Positions 47,188-62,576 of a DNA stretch of 64,000 bases are shown here, piece after piece. The stretch comes from Perkinsus chesapeaki ATCC PRA-425 (lineage: Eukaryota; Protista; Perkinsozoa). A program made the position numbers and the translations under genes. Below the pieces are notes generated by a model. That model did no database searches. It was not told where the DNA came from and saw nothing but the letters and a program-made list of their open reading frames with translations. Position 1 is the stretch's first letter. Each line of letters opens with the position of its first letter. The stretch lies in the NCBI GenBank assembly GCA_013115145.1, contig JAAPAO010000021.1:68291-132290 (forward strand). Reading direction: 5' to 3'.

Positions 47188-50100
47188 TTATGACGACGAT
47201 GAGGAGGACGTGAGGCAGAACCCACCGCCGGTATATCGTGGCATGCCGGAATTTACTTTCGCCTTCACCTTCCCTTGCCCGCTCGTTGACTTGCTCTTCG
47301 CCTTGGCATTCTGACTCGCTTGCTGCTGCTGTTTTTTCTCTTGATAATACTTCTGCATAACTTCTTGTTTCTCCTTCTTCAACCGCCGTACTTCTGCTTG
47401 GTACCTGCCAGTAGGCAGGGTGCTGCCACCCCACCAACAAAACTCTCCACTGCGCGTCTTACTCATCAATTATCCGCCGGTAATCAGCCAACTCCGCGTT
47501 CATAGCAGCCAACTGGTCATTTCTCTCCTTAAGATTCTCCCCATGGATGGCAAGCTGCTCCCGCAACTCCGGCCCTGAGAGCGACCGATAGTCTCACCTC
47601 ACTTTGTCACTTACCGGGAATCCTTGCTAGTTTGCGCTCCAGCTCCTTGATCTCTTGATCAGCCCTCTTAACAGCTTCCTTCTTCTTCACCGCCTCATCC
47701 ACACCTGCAATGCAGCCAGCCCTGGTAACCACAAAGGGCGGCGCCCTTAGGGCGCTGGACTTACTCGCAATGAGCCTCCGTTGCAAGTTACGCATCTTCT
47801 CGAGCATATGTAGGGTCTCCGGATCAGAGCCTTCCAACAGTCGCCATCTGTGTATCTGCCCCGTAGCCCTGTGGAAGAGCTTGCCCGGATCGGTGCCAAG
47901 CCCACATTCATTGGGTTTTCCAGCTCCTCCCCGAGAGCCTTCACCTTGGCTTGTTCGGCCAGCAATTGCTGGTGTAATTGGTAGGCTTCGTGCTTGTATC
48001 TTTCGCCACAGTATTGAGAACTGTTGGCGGTGGCGAATGGATGCTACTCGTCCATGTTTCCGACTCGAGCTTGGAGACCGGCGAGCTCCACCTCAAGCTT
48101 CCGTAGTTGGCTCTCCTTCTCCTTCATGTTGTCTGTCAGTTCACGGTAGCGCGCTTCTCCCTTGCGCAGGGTGGACTGAAATTGACGTCTACCAAGCTGG
48201 AGAAGGCGACAAGCTCAAACCTCGCAGAGGCGGATCTTCGCGTGGACTTCTGCCTGTTCTTCCTTTTTCTTCACCAGTCTTGTACTAAGGAGCTCCTTCT
48301 CACTAGCCACTTTGTTACACTCCTTCTCCTGCATGTCCCTATCCTCCTCGGTTTCTTTCAGCGCCTTCTCCAGCTTGCTGATCTCCTTCCGATAAACCTA
48401 TTCCAAGCCTGTGAAGTCCAGCCCAAAGATTTCTGCTTGCTCCACCTCAGCAACGCTGCCTAGATTCCTGAGTCGCTTCGTGGCCTTCTCCTTTGAGCTC
48501 TTCAGCTGCTCTAAAGTCTTGGCCATCTCTTGAGTGGCAAAGTGTCTCCGAACGAGCTCTTGGTCTTTGTCCTCAATTTCTCCTCGAAGCTGTTTGATAC
48601 GATGCTCGAGACCTTTGAGGAAGATATGAATTAGTCGGTATTAGCCGATGGATCCTACTCGCAAACTTTCTCTTGATCTCGGAAATCTCCGACTGGGACT
48701 CTAGCATGTTCTTGGCGTATCTGCAAGCTTCAAGCTAAGATCCCCTCAAACCCCAGCAAGGAACCCCTCACAGATTCCTATCAGCCTTCACAGTCTCACA
48801 GAGATTCTTTTGCTGAATAAACTCCGCTTGTAGTGCCGCTATCTGCTCTTTCATGCCAGCCAGCCGAGTGTCCTTCTCCCTGATCTTCTGTAGCGTTGCG
48901 ACGTACCTGCCGTGGACTTTGCCGTATCCTCAAGCTCCCCCACCTTACCGATCGTTAGCCTCCTTCAACTGCTGCATAAACCTGTCTCTTTCCATGACCA
49001 GGTCCTGTAGTCTGCCGACAAGCAGCGTCCTTGACGAGGAATCCGTAGGCACTTTACTGTTCATCGCTCTGGGCCTTGGCCTGCCTCCACTTCACGAGCT
49101 CCCGGAACAGGTTATTCGACTTCTGCTCCTGTTCTTTAACCTTACACCAGGAGACCAGTTCCCTCTTAGCAACCACCACATCGCCATAATAGGATCACAC
49201 ACTACACTCCCATAGAACATTGCCCCACACCAACAGAAAGAGCCCCAAATCCATCTGTTTAAACTCATAGTAGATGATCCATGCTGCTAGCGTGAGAGAT
49301 GGTCAAACGGTGAAGCAAAGTTTAGCTCTAGCATTGACCGATAAATCCATCGCATTCTCTGGGACCGGGATGTGATTGAAAAGATAACGGATGTTGATGT
49401 CCGCTCACCAATGCAATTTCAATATCCTTGCGGTCAGTCGCTTTCTGTAAGGCTTTATAAAGGAGCTCTCGTTCGTGTGACAGGTCCGACAGCATCTACA
49501 AGAGGTAGTAATGAGCCACAACAACTTGAAACTGAGGCGTAATTTAGCGTCCATCTCCTGTCGTTTGCTAATCTTCTCGACTCTCTCAGTTAGCTCCTTA
49601 ACTCTCTTGGATGCATTCTTCTTCTCCTCCAGCAGCGCAGCACGCTCTCTCTCTGCCTCCTACACCCCATCAACTCAACCTACCTACTCAGAAACCACGA
49701 ACCTCTTTATCAGCACCCAGCTGCTCATAGGTGGCCTCTGCCTGATCCTTCGCCTTCGTCGCCTTCGCCAATTCCTTCCTGTGCTTCTCCGCCTCTTCCT
49801 AATAACACAAACTGTCCCGAAGTCAAAGAGTTCTGTCTCCGGTCACTTGAAGCGCCTTTATATCCTTCTTCAGTTTCTGCGTCTTTCGGCTCTCCAACGC
49901 GCTCTGTTGCTTTATGCGGCTTATCTCCTCTTGAAGGCTGCCCTGACCAAGCTGCTTTTACCATCCTTAAAACCTCTGGGCAAACACCTGTATAGTAGTT
50001 TGGTGCTCCACATCCTTAGTGGCCGCCTTTAGCTCCCGAAGTGCCTGTCTGTGCCTGAGCGCATAACCTCACCACCAGCATCAGCAGCACCCAGTTTATA

Positions 50101-51522
50101 TTCACTCTTCCTGAGCCTCGGCTATCTGATCCAGCGTATCGACTGAGTCTGAGGTGGAAGAGGCACTGCAATCTCCACTGGAATACCTTCCAAAGTGCGG
50201 CGCTGTCACCTTTGCTGATATTTTCCAATGTCTCCCTCTTCTGCTTCATTTCAGCATCAAGCTTCTCTCTCTTACTCACAGTGTCCGTCAGCTTCGTTGT
50301 GAGATCCTCCAGGAATGCTGACAGCCACTATGCAGTTATCAGAGCTGGTGCTGCTGCAGGTGTTGCTACCCTCGGCGCGAGCTAGGTCCTGGGTACTCTT
50401 TTCAAAGTCGGCCGTCAGGGTTTCCCGGGTCTGAAAGAAAACATTAGACGCGGTGAGGGGGGTATCTTAGTCCATGAAGATGAACGTAACCATTTGAATA
50501 CCAACACAGAATCTGCCCTACCATCAACGCACCACAGATCATTTTCGCCTTCCGAAATGCACGAGGCGACCTCCGGATACCCTTATCGCATGAAAGACAG
50601 ATAACGCTGTCGATGCAGTGCTAGGTCGGAGGCTCACTTTCTCCAGCTCTTGAGACTGTGCCTGCAGCTGATCTTGTTGAGCTGCTAGGAGGTCCCTGTG
50701 CTTGGTGAGATCTATCTGCTTCTGTGTAAGGATCTTCACTTGAGTCTCCTGCTGGGTAGCCATTTCGGCACTCTGCTCGACCAGCTTTGATAGACGGGCC
50801 ACTTCAGCCTGAGGAGATGTCTTAGGCTGCGGGCCCTATCTAGTCTGCTCATTAGATACGGCATTCTTAATTACTAGAATAACACATAGGGCTTTCAAGT
50901 CCGCTTTCTATCGATTATTACACACCGCATCACATTTTCAACAGCACCTTTACGGACGACCGCATCTCAGAAGGGTAAGTGAAGAGTATTGATTATTGCA
51001 GCACCCTCATGTCCTCAACAGTGGCCCTCAACGTCTGCTCCTTGTCATGGCTTCCTTCCACAATCTTCCACGCCTTGTCTATCTCCTTCTTCAGTGCTGT
51101 TATGGTAGTCTGGTCCTCTTGCGACTGCTTCAATGCTCTTTGGACCTGCAGAATGGCTGCCACCAAATACTTAACCGCAGACGCCCAACCTTATAGGCAT
51201 TCTCGACAATCTCAGCATTGAGCTCTCGACATTTACCTATGAGCATTTTCTCTGTGTCGTGCGACTGTCTCAGAGCGTCATGGAGCCTTTCGTACCTGAG
51301 GGAATCTAAGCTCGACCCATGCATCATACGGCAAAACACTCACTGCTTCCTGAATTCCTGCAGGGACTCATCATCAAGTAGTTCAGCCAGGACTTCTTGG
51401 AAGTCCCTCTCAAGAGCTTCGAATGCCGAGGCCTCGAAGGCTTCAAGATTCTCGAGCTCATTGGATTGCTTTCGCTGTTCTTCTGCTGCTTCCTTCGAAC
51501 CGGCCGATGCTGCTGCCGTCAT
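47188..51522 (-). CDS. CFAP58: Cilia- and flagella-associated protein 58, multi-exon
   Basis: AFEALERDFQEVLAEL..SLQEFRKQ/YERLHDALRQSH..EKMLIGKCRELNAEIVEN, long coiled coil, C-terminal PRYTGGGFCL. Confidence 0.9.
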
Positions 51523-51735
51523 CGAAACAAACAGCAGGTATGCTGGGAAGCCATTCGAGCCTCCATCCGTCGAGTTTCCTAGCAACCGTAGTCGATCGCT
51601 GATGTATCTCCCAATCACCCTTTGGCATTAAGTATGCTAACTAACCCAAAGCACTGGCTACAGATAACGTAAGTAAGATGCTACGGTTGAGAACACAGTA
51701 GGAGCAGTAAAACGGTGACGGTATTATTATGACCA

Positions 51736-53538
<1,803 letters not shown>

Positions 53539-53790
53539 GATAAGGGGAAAGTATGGTACAAAAGGAACAACTGTGAATGTGCTGCAATACAGGAAGCGGT
53601 TGGATGCTTAGATTTAAGATTAAGACAAGCCATAGCGCGCGGGTAAGCACCACCCTGCTCTTTAAATGCTGCCCCAACTATACAATACAGCACGGCTGTA
53701 CGATGACCTATACGGTTGTTGTTGTAACGTAAGAGCTCTGATATAGAAAGAATGGCCGACGAAAAGGGCATGGCGTCATGCGAGCAGCAT

Positions 53791-56700
53791 TCATTGCTTT
53801 GTATCACATCGACGGTCTTTGAGTTCCTTAACCCTACCAAGGGATCTGAATGCATGCTGCGATCGACGGGACTGTACCGCTGTAAGATGCTCTTGCGGTG
53901 ACTCTTCGTCTCGACAGGATCTCCTTCTGTAATCGACTTTACCTTGAATAAATGAAAATACCAGCAGGCCGAAACTTCTTCGTACTCTCTTTATCAGTGC
54001 CTCAATTTGCCTGTCCTTTCCTCGGCTGCTATTAACACTCACTTCTAGCGGCGGAGCGTAGCTCCGCCGAGGGGACTTCGAAGGAGCGGTGTTCTCAACA
54101 GGATTGATCTGCGCGAATCAAAGGCCATCCACTCTAGCACTCGCCTTTACCACTCGTATCATCAGACCGTCCCAGGACCAAATCTTGCAGCCCTCACCGA
54201 CCCCTACTGTAATCACCACGCGGGGATCTACAACTACCTGAAGGCAGAGCGTCTGGTGGTAGCACCCGGCGCTGCTCCTCAACCTGCACCGACGATATTG
54301 CCTCCTCATGAGCCCTCCATGTTCGTTCCATCGTTACCAAGCGCCTGCCCTGGAGAAGCTGAAGGACGGGGTTGAAGATGCCAGCTAGAGCCAAGCTTAC
54401 AGTAGGCATCCTGTGGCCCAGCTTGCTAACTTTCCTCCCGCTTAGGTCGGCCATTTCTGCCCCATCGCATGTACCCCTCCAGTGAGGGTTCCTCGATCGA
54501 TAGGCTGTACTGTCAGATGGCGGATGCAGTCCTGGAATATTTCGAGCTTGTCTTGCCGCCAAGCCCCCCCTAGCATACCACATTCCAGGAGCTCTGGAGA
54601 CTGTATAAACTGAGTGCAGTTCCAGCATTTTATACATCCCTCCTCATCACCAGTCACCACTGTTAACGATAAAGGGTAGCCACAGCCGCGGCTGGTCTCT
54701 GGCGGCTGAGTGCCTATAACGCTACAGTCGCATTACACCCTTCTCTACAGCTTACTGAAGAACCTTCTATCCTCTTCCAGGTCCTCAAGCGTTTCCTTAT
54801 CAAAGCCTCCGGTCTGAGAAATAAGAGGCAGAATGGCAATTGTTCATCTAGATTTTTTGTCTAGCAAACGCACCACCGATCTAGTATAGGGAGCTCTGGT
54901 ACATCGACCATCTCGCGGAGTCACCGTCAGCATTGGCGCCTCCGCCTGCCATACTTCGCAGGGCGTCGAAGCTGTGAAGACTCTAAAGAGCATAGTCCAC
55001 GGAATTACCGAGGTTCGATGCCCACCTTGAGGAGCTACACACTCCAGTGAGAGTGAAGTCTATAGCGGACACAGGTATGGTCTTGGCCAAGGAACGTATG
55101 TTCATAAAACGGTACAGACATTTAAATTGAAGCTCTAGTGGTGACGGCGGCAAGCCCCATATAGCAATCTGATTCAGGAATGGAGTAAAGCTTGTACACT
55201 AACACCCCCTGCGTAACGGTTGTTATCCCATTTTCTATAGAGCTGCAGCTACAAACAGTGTGAACGGTAAGACCGAAGCACCCTCTAATAGGCCCACCGA
55301 GGCATAAGTGTTTCGAGCCGCTAGGAGCGTAGGACCTACATTTCCATGGAGATCAGCACTGGCAAGTAAAGCAAGAGGATCGAGGAAGCACAGGGCAGTG
55401 ATCTCCGAGCGATGACCAATACAGTGTCTAAGCGGCAGCATGACATAATAATACTGAGGCACCACCACCGACCCCATAAATGCAAGCTGCTCGAAGGATC
55501 TGACGCTGATCACCGCATCGATGCTGCCAAATGCAACAAGCTCTCCACACAGGGAGAACGCTATAGCCGTTAGTGGCTGAAGATGAAGGTTGTGGGCCGT
55601 GCCTGTATCGAGGCAGGCTCATTGGGATGGAAACGCTGGGACTCCAGCCCCACGTAAAACGGTTGCCTCCGCTCCACGACCAATCTCGTCCATCTCTGGA
55701 TCACTCTCAGTACTAGGAATGGACTTCAGCACCGACAGCTCATCATGCACTTTAATGCGGTTGTCAGAAGAGGCAGAAAAGAGGATATGATCGCCACTAG
55801 GACCATAGCTGGACAAAACGTGGCCAAACCTCACGGCAGGAGCCCTACTGTATATCAATAACGGGGCTAGAGTGAGGTGAATATTCGTGAAGTCGAGCGC
55901 CTGTGTAGTGGTTGTAGCTGAAATGAAGGCGCCAGCGTGTATGTGGAAACCAAGGGGCGGCTACGCAGCAATGCCCCCATGATAGTCACCGACGAAGACT
56001 TTTAGGCCACGGTCGCCAAGACAGAAGCAGGAGACCTGAACGCCGCCGTAGATTGGTACAGCTGGGTGCTGGATGGTACCTCTGATGTGTGCTTGATGAC
56101 ACTTGCTAGAGACATGGACATATTGTGGGAAATGCTCCACGAACGGACCACGTTCCCAGACGCTGTTAATAGAATGTTGTATGCCTGATTGGTGACTACT
56201 AAAAGCCAAACTCTAATGGAAAATGATATACATAGGATGGTAAAAGGTGCGTGGCTAAGGCAGGGTAAATTCTTAGAAAGCGGAAGAGCGCAGAGGCGGC
56301 CGGTAGTGCGATTATACCCTGGTCCTACACCGCTCTAGGTACGAGCAGCAGGTGAGGAACGGTAAGAAGCACTGGTCGTTATCAATTTGATACCCCCTAC
56401 TGACGGTATATATCCGAGCACAGGTAACAGGTCCTGGATTGGTATCCCCAACACACGCCACGAGGCCTTCAGTGGCATCCGGATCTACATGCATGGGACA
56501 GCAAGTTGTGGGGAGAGGGAGCTTAGATAGTGAATGGAGTTAGTGAATAGATGGTGAAATAGAGTGAAGAGGAGGTGCCAGATCTGGCTCACTGTGATCT
56601 AGTTCAGCTGAGGAGAGATCGAACACTCGAAATTGTCTCGCACAGGCTACGGCGCGGACCAGAAGGCCACCACCATTGAATCTCGAGGAGGCACTCTGGA

Positions 56701-59680
56701 TCTAAACAAGACCTTTTCTGTTCAACCTTTTTCTTATAAGGGGCACTATACAAGGGCGAAGTCATTTAGTAGAGATATGTCCGGTATGGGCAGAGACTGC
56801 AGCTGTTGGCCTGTGCCTATGTCATGCACTTTAATACATGCTATAGAGTCGATTGATACAACTCGGTGAATATCTGAACAACGGAATCTGCGGTCTTCAG
56901 CCGGGCTCGTACGGACCGTCAAGACCCGGCACATCCGGCAGGACCTCCACTGCCTGTATTGGTGCTTGGTGGGACTTGATTGAGCTCAACGGTTCAGAGT
57001 AATACGGGTTCCATACCTACTTCAGGTAGGTGCGAGCCAAGCTTACGGGAACAAACTAACCAGGATGGAATAGTCGAAGCCGCCACTTAGGAGGCACACG
57101 TTCGTGGGGTTATTATTGCTGCTACTGAAGGTCATACAAGTGACTGCTCTCGTGTGGCCCATCAGCACCTAGAGCGGTGGTAGTAAAGGGCATGAGCAAG
57201 CACTGCCACGCTACACGCTTTCGGCAGCCTGAATAGGCATCCCAGAGCACTATTAAATTATTAAGACCGCAGCTGGCCAGGAGGCCGATGGCTGGCAGCT
57301 CCATCAAGCACGTCACCTGAGATCGATAAGAATGAAAGCCGTGAAGGCCTTATAGAAGCAACACAGGCTTCTCGCTGGGGTCCACAGATTGCCTAGGGAT
57401 AAGGCGGGCCATGCGGGGGGTTAAACTGACAGGGTAAGTAGTGATAGCAAAGGCTGTAATGTAGTCTTACCCACGGTACTCTGGCCTTGGCGAAGTACTC
57501 CTGCTCCTCGCCGCTGCTGTGTAGTGCTTCAATGGCGATCCTTTCCGTAGCATCCACTGAATAGAAGCACATCTCAGTGGTGCAGTGGCGCACAAAAGAG
57601 GATCGCTGGCGTCGTCTTGGTTACTTGCCTGCGTCAGGAAGGCCCTGTGCCGGTCAGAATCGGACATTTGATCCCCCACGTTGGCTCGGGGCACACTCAG
57701 AGTTATGATTGATGGTCCCTCTAACAGAGATGGTGTCAATTAAAGACGAATGTGAAAGCCGAGGAGGCGCACCTCTGCCGGAATCATCGACACCGTTAGC
57801 CTCCCTCATCTTAGGGCGCCGAAGTGCCATGGTCCCTAAGAGCCTCAATGACCACTTGGTAGAAGTGTAGCTCAATACCTCCACTGGAGGGGCCTAGGAT
57901 TGCTTCTACATCCCAAGCATAGATACATCCGTCATTATCAGCTGTAAAGAGTGTCTGTGAGGACATGGACCAACACATACACTGAAAGTAGGCATCTTTG
58001 ATGATGCTGTACATAGCAGCAAACCTACACGCTGGGCGGAGGGGACCTTCACCTTACGCGAAAGTCTAAACTTCGGACGGTTTAGTAAACCACCTGCATC
58101 CAACAAAGGGATAATGGACCATAAGTAAGCTGGGGAACGAGGACGTTTAACGAAGGACGGTGACGAGAGCAATACGAGGTTAGTAGCGCCCGGCGAGATC
58201 TATGCATCCTGAATCAGCCAGATCTGCAGGACTTGGAATTCATGAGGAGATTGGAAGACAAAATATGGCTACTCGGTAAGAAGGAGTAGATCCATCAAAA
58301 TGATACGACACATTATCTGTCATATCATTTTGATGTCATCATTGGCTATGTGTGACACATAGTGAGATGATGACATGGGCCAAGTATTGGAAAAGTCCTA
58401 ACTGAGTAGCCTGAGCAAACATTGCAGCATGGCAGTGCCAAACTTACCGAGAGACGAACGAGTGAGATCACGGCAGTCGTAGAAGCGTAGGGACATATCG
58501 GAGCCGCTGATCACTATATTACTCCAATCAGGGAGATACCTACCACACCATACCAACAACAGGGCATCAATAGTCGGAAGCTGAGTGCGGCGGCCAGACT
58601 CTAAGGACTTCACTCAGCAACCAGATACGCGCCCGAAGCAGTATCAAGCAAGGCATCAGAGATGCCGAGACCGAGTCGAAAACCGGATTTACATGAAGTA
58701 GAGTATAGTGCAGGGCTCCTCCCCATCAGTCTCAGTGTCCAGCGATGCACGGGGTGCTAGATCGACCGTGGCGATCTCCAGAGCCTGAGGCCGGGCTTCG
58801 GGAGAAAGAGGATGACCAAAGTTCCCTACAGTAGAGCCTTGGTGGTAGTAGGCCACCTTATCCATCTTCGGACCTTCTAGATGCTTTACCAGCATAATGG
58901 ATGAAGTATGCAAACCGGTGTCGGTACAACTCTTAGATGGGACGAAACGGCTGAGCGTCAGCCTGTACACGACAACAGGCTGGATTTGGTGTAAAAGGCA
59001 AAGGTAATATACTCCTTGATAGCTCCCTTGTTAATGCCTTTACCCATCACTAAAGTGGCTATGCCCTCCCAGCCCAGGGAGCCACTACCGTCTACATCAA
59101 GCTCATCGTACCTTAAAAAGGATATCACCTATATACTGGATACTGGAGGTAGTACGCGGTACTACTCAGAGCCGGCAGATGCCAAGCTAAGAATTCAATC
59201 TTCAAATGCGCCCACTACTTTGGTGGCCAATGTTACATAACGTTTATCTTTCTGCTTAAAGCCGCATATCTACACTACTTCGCCTAGCGCTGATCCAGAT
59301 GGGCTCGAGACTATCACTTGGGCTGTTGACCAACATATGCGAACAATCCATTATTAACAGAGTCGAGAATTCCTTCTATTTCAACATAGGAGGCCAGCCG
59401 TGCTCAACTGACCATCGTAGCAGCTCCTCCACGACCCTAAGCTCTTGCTCCTCTGTCAACTGCTCCGGTAATGCATCCCCATCCTCATCCATCATCATAC
59501 CCTTTAACATAACATATATAAACTGCTCCCTCGATAGGGCACCACCAAGCCTGCTGACCAATAGTGTCCACCAAGACCAAAGGACATGCACTCCTACTTC
59601 GCCACACGGTCCTTCAGCCGAGCTATTCCCCTCCTCCCAACCCTAGAGAACAGCGACTTAGCCGTCACCTCAGCCGTCAT
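53791..59680 (-). CDS. EF-hand plus WD40 repeat protein (WDR49/EFCAB8-like), many exons; ends approximate
   Basis: EF-loop YDELDVDGSGSLGWEG near 59070; WD repeats VISGSDMSLRFYD, LFTADNDGCIYAWD, LLASCGLNNLIVLWD, LFSASSDNRIKVHD and VTGDEEGCIKCW. Confidence 0.75.
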
Positions 59681-60105
59681 TGCATTTAGGGCCAAGCCGG
59701 CCTATCCGTATACTGAACGCAGAGCCTCCAACAAGGTGGATTAAATAGCAATAATCATACATAGCAAAAATTCTACTACTGAAAAATACGCAGTTTAACC
59801 ATGCAAAACGGACAAGTACAGCAGCGGCTTTAAAATGGCCGACACCAGCCGTTCTCAGCGAGCACGTATAGCGCCTTGTGGGGCACCGACAGCCGTCATG
59901 CTGCCATGGCTGGACGCAGATGTCTGCGTATCTGAGGTCGAACCTTGCAACACAGCCATTACACCGAGGCTTACTGGATTCCCCACCGACTCGGCTGATG
60001 CACTGATGAGACCTAAATGTCGATTGCGAGGGCCCGGTTATCCCACCCCGTATGGTGGACCAACTGAAAGAGCAGCTGACAGGCACCCTATAGCCTCTCC
60101 CCCTA

Positions 60106-61068
60106 TTACCTGCCATCCCCTCCATCCATCCTAGTGCCCCACAGTAGCCTGGGGTCCTCCGAGAACTTCAAGGGGACAATTCCTGTGTACAGAGTTTGAA
60201 GCCTGACCTCGGACGACACGCCACAGCCCGACTCGATATCGGCAAGCAGGGAATGCCGAGCGCTTTCGTTGGTCAACCGCACTCGGCCGGCATCAGGCGA
60301 CACCGGCGGGGCGCTCGGAGCCGCGCCTCTAACGAAGGCGTCGAACTCCCAGAACATAAGAAAGTGCGAATTAAGGACCACCGCTGGGATGGTGAGGGCG
60401 TAGTGGTAGAGAAGCCAGACGATACTGGTCACGCCAACACCGTAGATGACATCAATAGTATAATGAAAATGGGTACATATAATGACGAGTAGGGAGAAAA
60501 CACCAAAGCCGATGCCGAACAGCTTCTCCCTCCACGTCCGAGAGTAAGTGGACCAAACCATTATGGATAAGGTAATCGGGATGGAGTGTCCAGAATAGAA
60601 CACATCAGCACAGGTATGAGACAGTCCAAACGGCATTAACATCACCGACCAGAAGGGGCTACCGTCGACAAGCCGAGGCATGCACATAGGGTCTGGATTC
60701 GGCAACATGGTCACTGGGACACAGAGAGCTCGGCCTAAGTATGATGCCGAGCTCAGCAACAACGCTCGCTTTATTATAATAGACGCTCGACTTGGTTTAA
60801 ACGCGAAAAAAAGGCGGCCGATTGCTAGTACCATGCAGAGCAACATGCAGGTGTCGGGGAGGCTGAAACCGAGCCCGTCACTGGAGTACTGTGGGAGTAG
60901 CTCAAATCCCAAGTCTGGCAAAACCGTCGGGTTAATGACCAGACCTGTCTGAGGATCTCTCGGCCAGTAATAATCTGCCCTGTACTGTGCCCATACGTTT
61001 ACTACTGAATTGATCATCATGCCGAGGGCCCATGCACCCACTGCTGGCAGTAGCCGACTGGAAACCAT
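60106..61068 (-). CDS. Sphingomyelin/IPC synthase-family (PAP2-like) sphingolipid synthase, copy 1
   Basis: LPDLGF, HTCADVFYSGHS and THFHYTIDV (SMS catalytic motifs); about 6 TM; intronless. Confidence 0.9.
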   Translation of the reverse strand: MVSSRLLPAVGAWALGMMINSVVNVWAQYRADYYWPRDPQTGLVINPTVLPDLGFELLPQYSSDGLGFSLPDTCMLLCMVLAIGRLFFAFKPSRASIIIKRALLLSSASYLGRALCVPVTMLPNPDPMCMPRLVDGSPFWSVMLMPFGLSHTCADVFYSGHSIPITLSIMVWSTYSRTWREKLFGIGFGVFSLLVIICTHFHYTIDVIYGVGVTSIVWLLYHYALTIPAVVLNSHFLMFWEFDAFVRGAAPSAPPVSPDAGRVRLTNESARHSLLADIESGCGVSSEVRLQTLYTGIVPLKFSEDPRLLWGTRMDGGDGR

Positions 61069-61346
61069 TCAAAAATGGGCTGCGAAAAGCCATGTGGTAA
61101 TTTGACAAGGCAACATAGGGAAAGCGGGCGAAACGGTATTTAAAACGGACAAGTAGCAAATGCCCTTTAGGGCCACGAGGATCCAAAATGAATACACAAA
61201 GGAAGTACACCGAATACAATGATACACAATTAGTAAATAACTTGATGATAAACTGGATGACGGCCTGCCACTGTGGGCCACGTCCGTGCAGAGGAGGTCA
61301 TAGACTGGCATTAAGCCGAGTAAATAGCAGATGCCAGCAGAGTTGG

Positions 61347-62348
61347 TCAGCTGGATAAGCTGCTATATCGGCGCCCGCCGTCAATGTCCTCTGGCACCCG
61401 AAGCCCCCATAGGACTCGTGGGTCATCGGAGAAGTCCAAGTGGACTACACCTAAGAAGGGATCATTGCCCACGTTACCGCATTCGGCAGAGAGAAGGCTG
61501 TCTTCAATGGTGGACTGGGTGGACATGGGCCCAGTGGGGGCAAGTCGAATACGCAGGTCCGACCGTGGGCTCGGGAGAGTCGCCTGGTGGACAGCCTTGA
61601 TTAACACAGGGAAGGCATCAGCCTCCCAGTACATAAGGAACCGGGAATTGAGCATAACCGCTGGGACCTTCATTGCGTGGTGATAAACACGCCAGGCAGT
61701 GAAGGTCACCGCTACGCCATAGACAACGTCAATTGTGTAGTGGAAATGAGTACCGATTATGATCACTAACGTCAGAAGGCCCCACAGAAGACCAAATAGC
61801 CGCCAACCGAAAGATGACGCATAGTCGACCCAAACCATGGTGGCCAGGGTCACAGAGATTGAATGGCCCGAATAAAAAACGTCCGCACACGTATGGGCAA
61901 GGCCGAAGGGGACCAGGAAGACCGATACGATAGGATGGTCCCAGTCCATGACCGCCTTGCAGCTGACGTCCGGATTAGGGAGCTGGGTAAGAGGGACGCT
62001 GATGGCCCTCCCCGTGTAGCCAATCGCGCCGAGAATCAATGTACGTTTGAGGACGATAGTGGCCTTATCAAAGTCGAATTTAATAAATACCATAGCAAGC
62101 GCCCCTAGCACGCACACGGTCATGCAAACGTCTGGGATGCGAACGCCGCGAAAATCACTGGAAATATACGGCAAAGACTCGAAGCCTAGATCTGGTAAAG
62201 GAGATGAGGAGTCGGCTAATAAGCCTGTGCCATGGTCCCGAGGCCAGTACCTTTCCGCCCTGTATTGAGCCCAGACATCCGCAACACAGTTGAGCATAAG
62301 GGCTGCCCCACAGAAGACAAGGGCTGGCAGCAGACGAGATAATACCAT
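61347..62348 (-). CDS. Sphingolipid synthase-family protein, copy 2
   Basis: LPDLGF, HTCADVFYSGHS and THFHYTIDV. Confidence 0.9.
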   Translation of the reverse strand: MVLSRLLPALVFCGAALMLNCVADVWAQYRAERYWPRDHGTGLLADSSSPLPDLGFESLPYISSDFRGVRIPDVCMTVCVLGALAMVFIKFDFDKATIVLKRTLILGAIGYTGRAISVPLTQLPNPDVSCKAVMDWDHPIVSVFLVPFGLAHTCADVFYSGHSISVTLATMVWVDYASSFGWRLFGLLWGLLTLVIIIGTHFHYTIDVVYGVAVTFTAWRVYHHAMKVPAVMLNSRFLMYWEADAFPVLIKAVHQATLPSPRSDLRIRLAPTGPMSTQSTIEDSLLSAECGNVGNDPFLGVVHLDFSDDPRVLWGLRVPEDIDGGRRYSSLSS

Positions 62349-62576
62349 GCAAAGGGCGCGAGGGGCAGAACAAACTGGAGGGAGGATGGGAGAGGGGGTA
62401 CTAACTCAACAATGCAGGTTATAAAATAACTACTGGACCAAAGATTCTCAAATATAGCAAGGTGATGTCCTGATTTGACGGAAGAGCGGTAGAGGACATG
62501 CAGCCGACCCATGCGGTAGTCGCTAGAACAAAAGGACTTACTTCATGTGTTCCACGTAGTCTTTGCAGCCAATCTC

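Noticed and set aside
59805-61155. Exact 14-mer AAAACGGACAAGTA at 59805 and 61142, each upstream of a minus-strand gene
   Set aside because: Several 14-mer matches are expected by chance in 64 kb, and the motif was not found upstream of the other two synthase copies.
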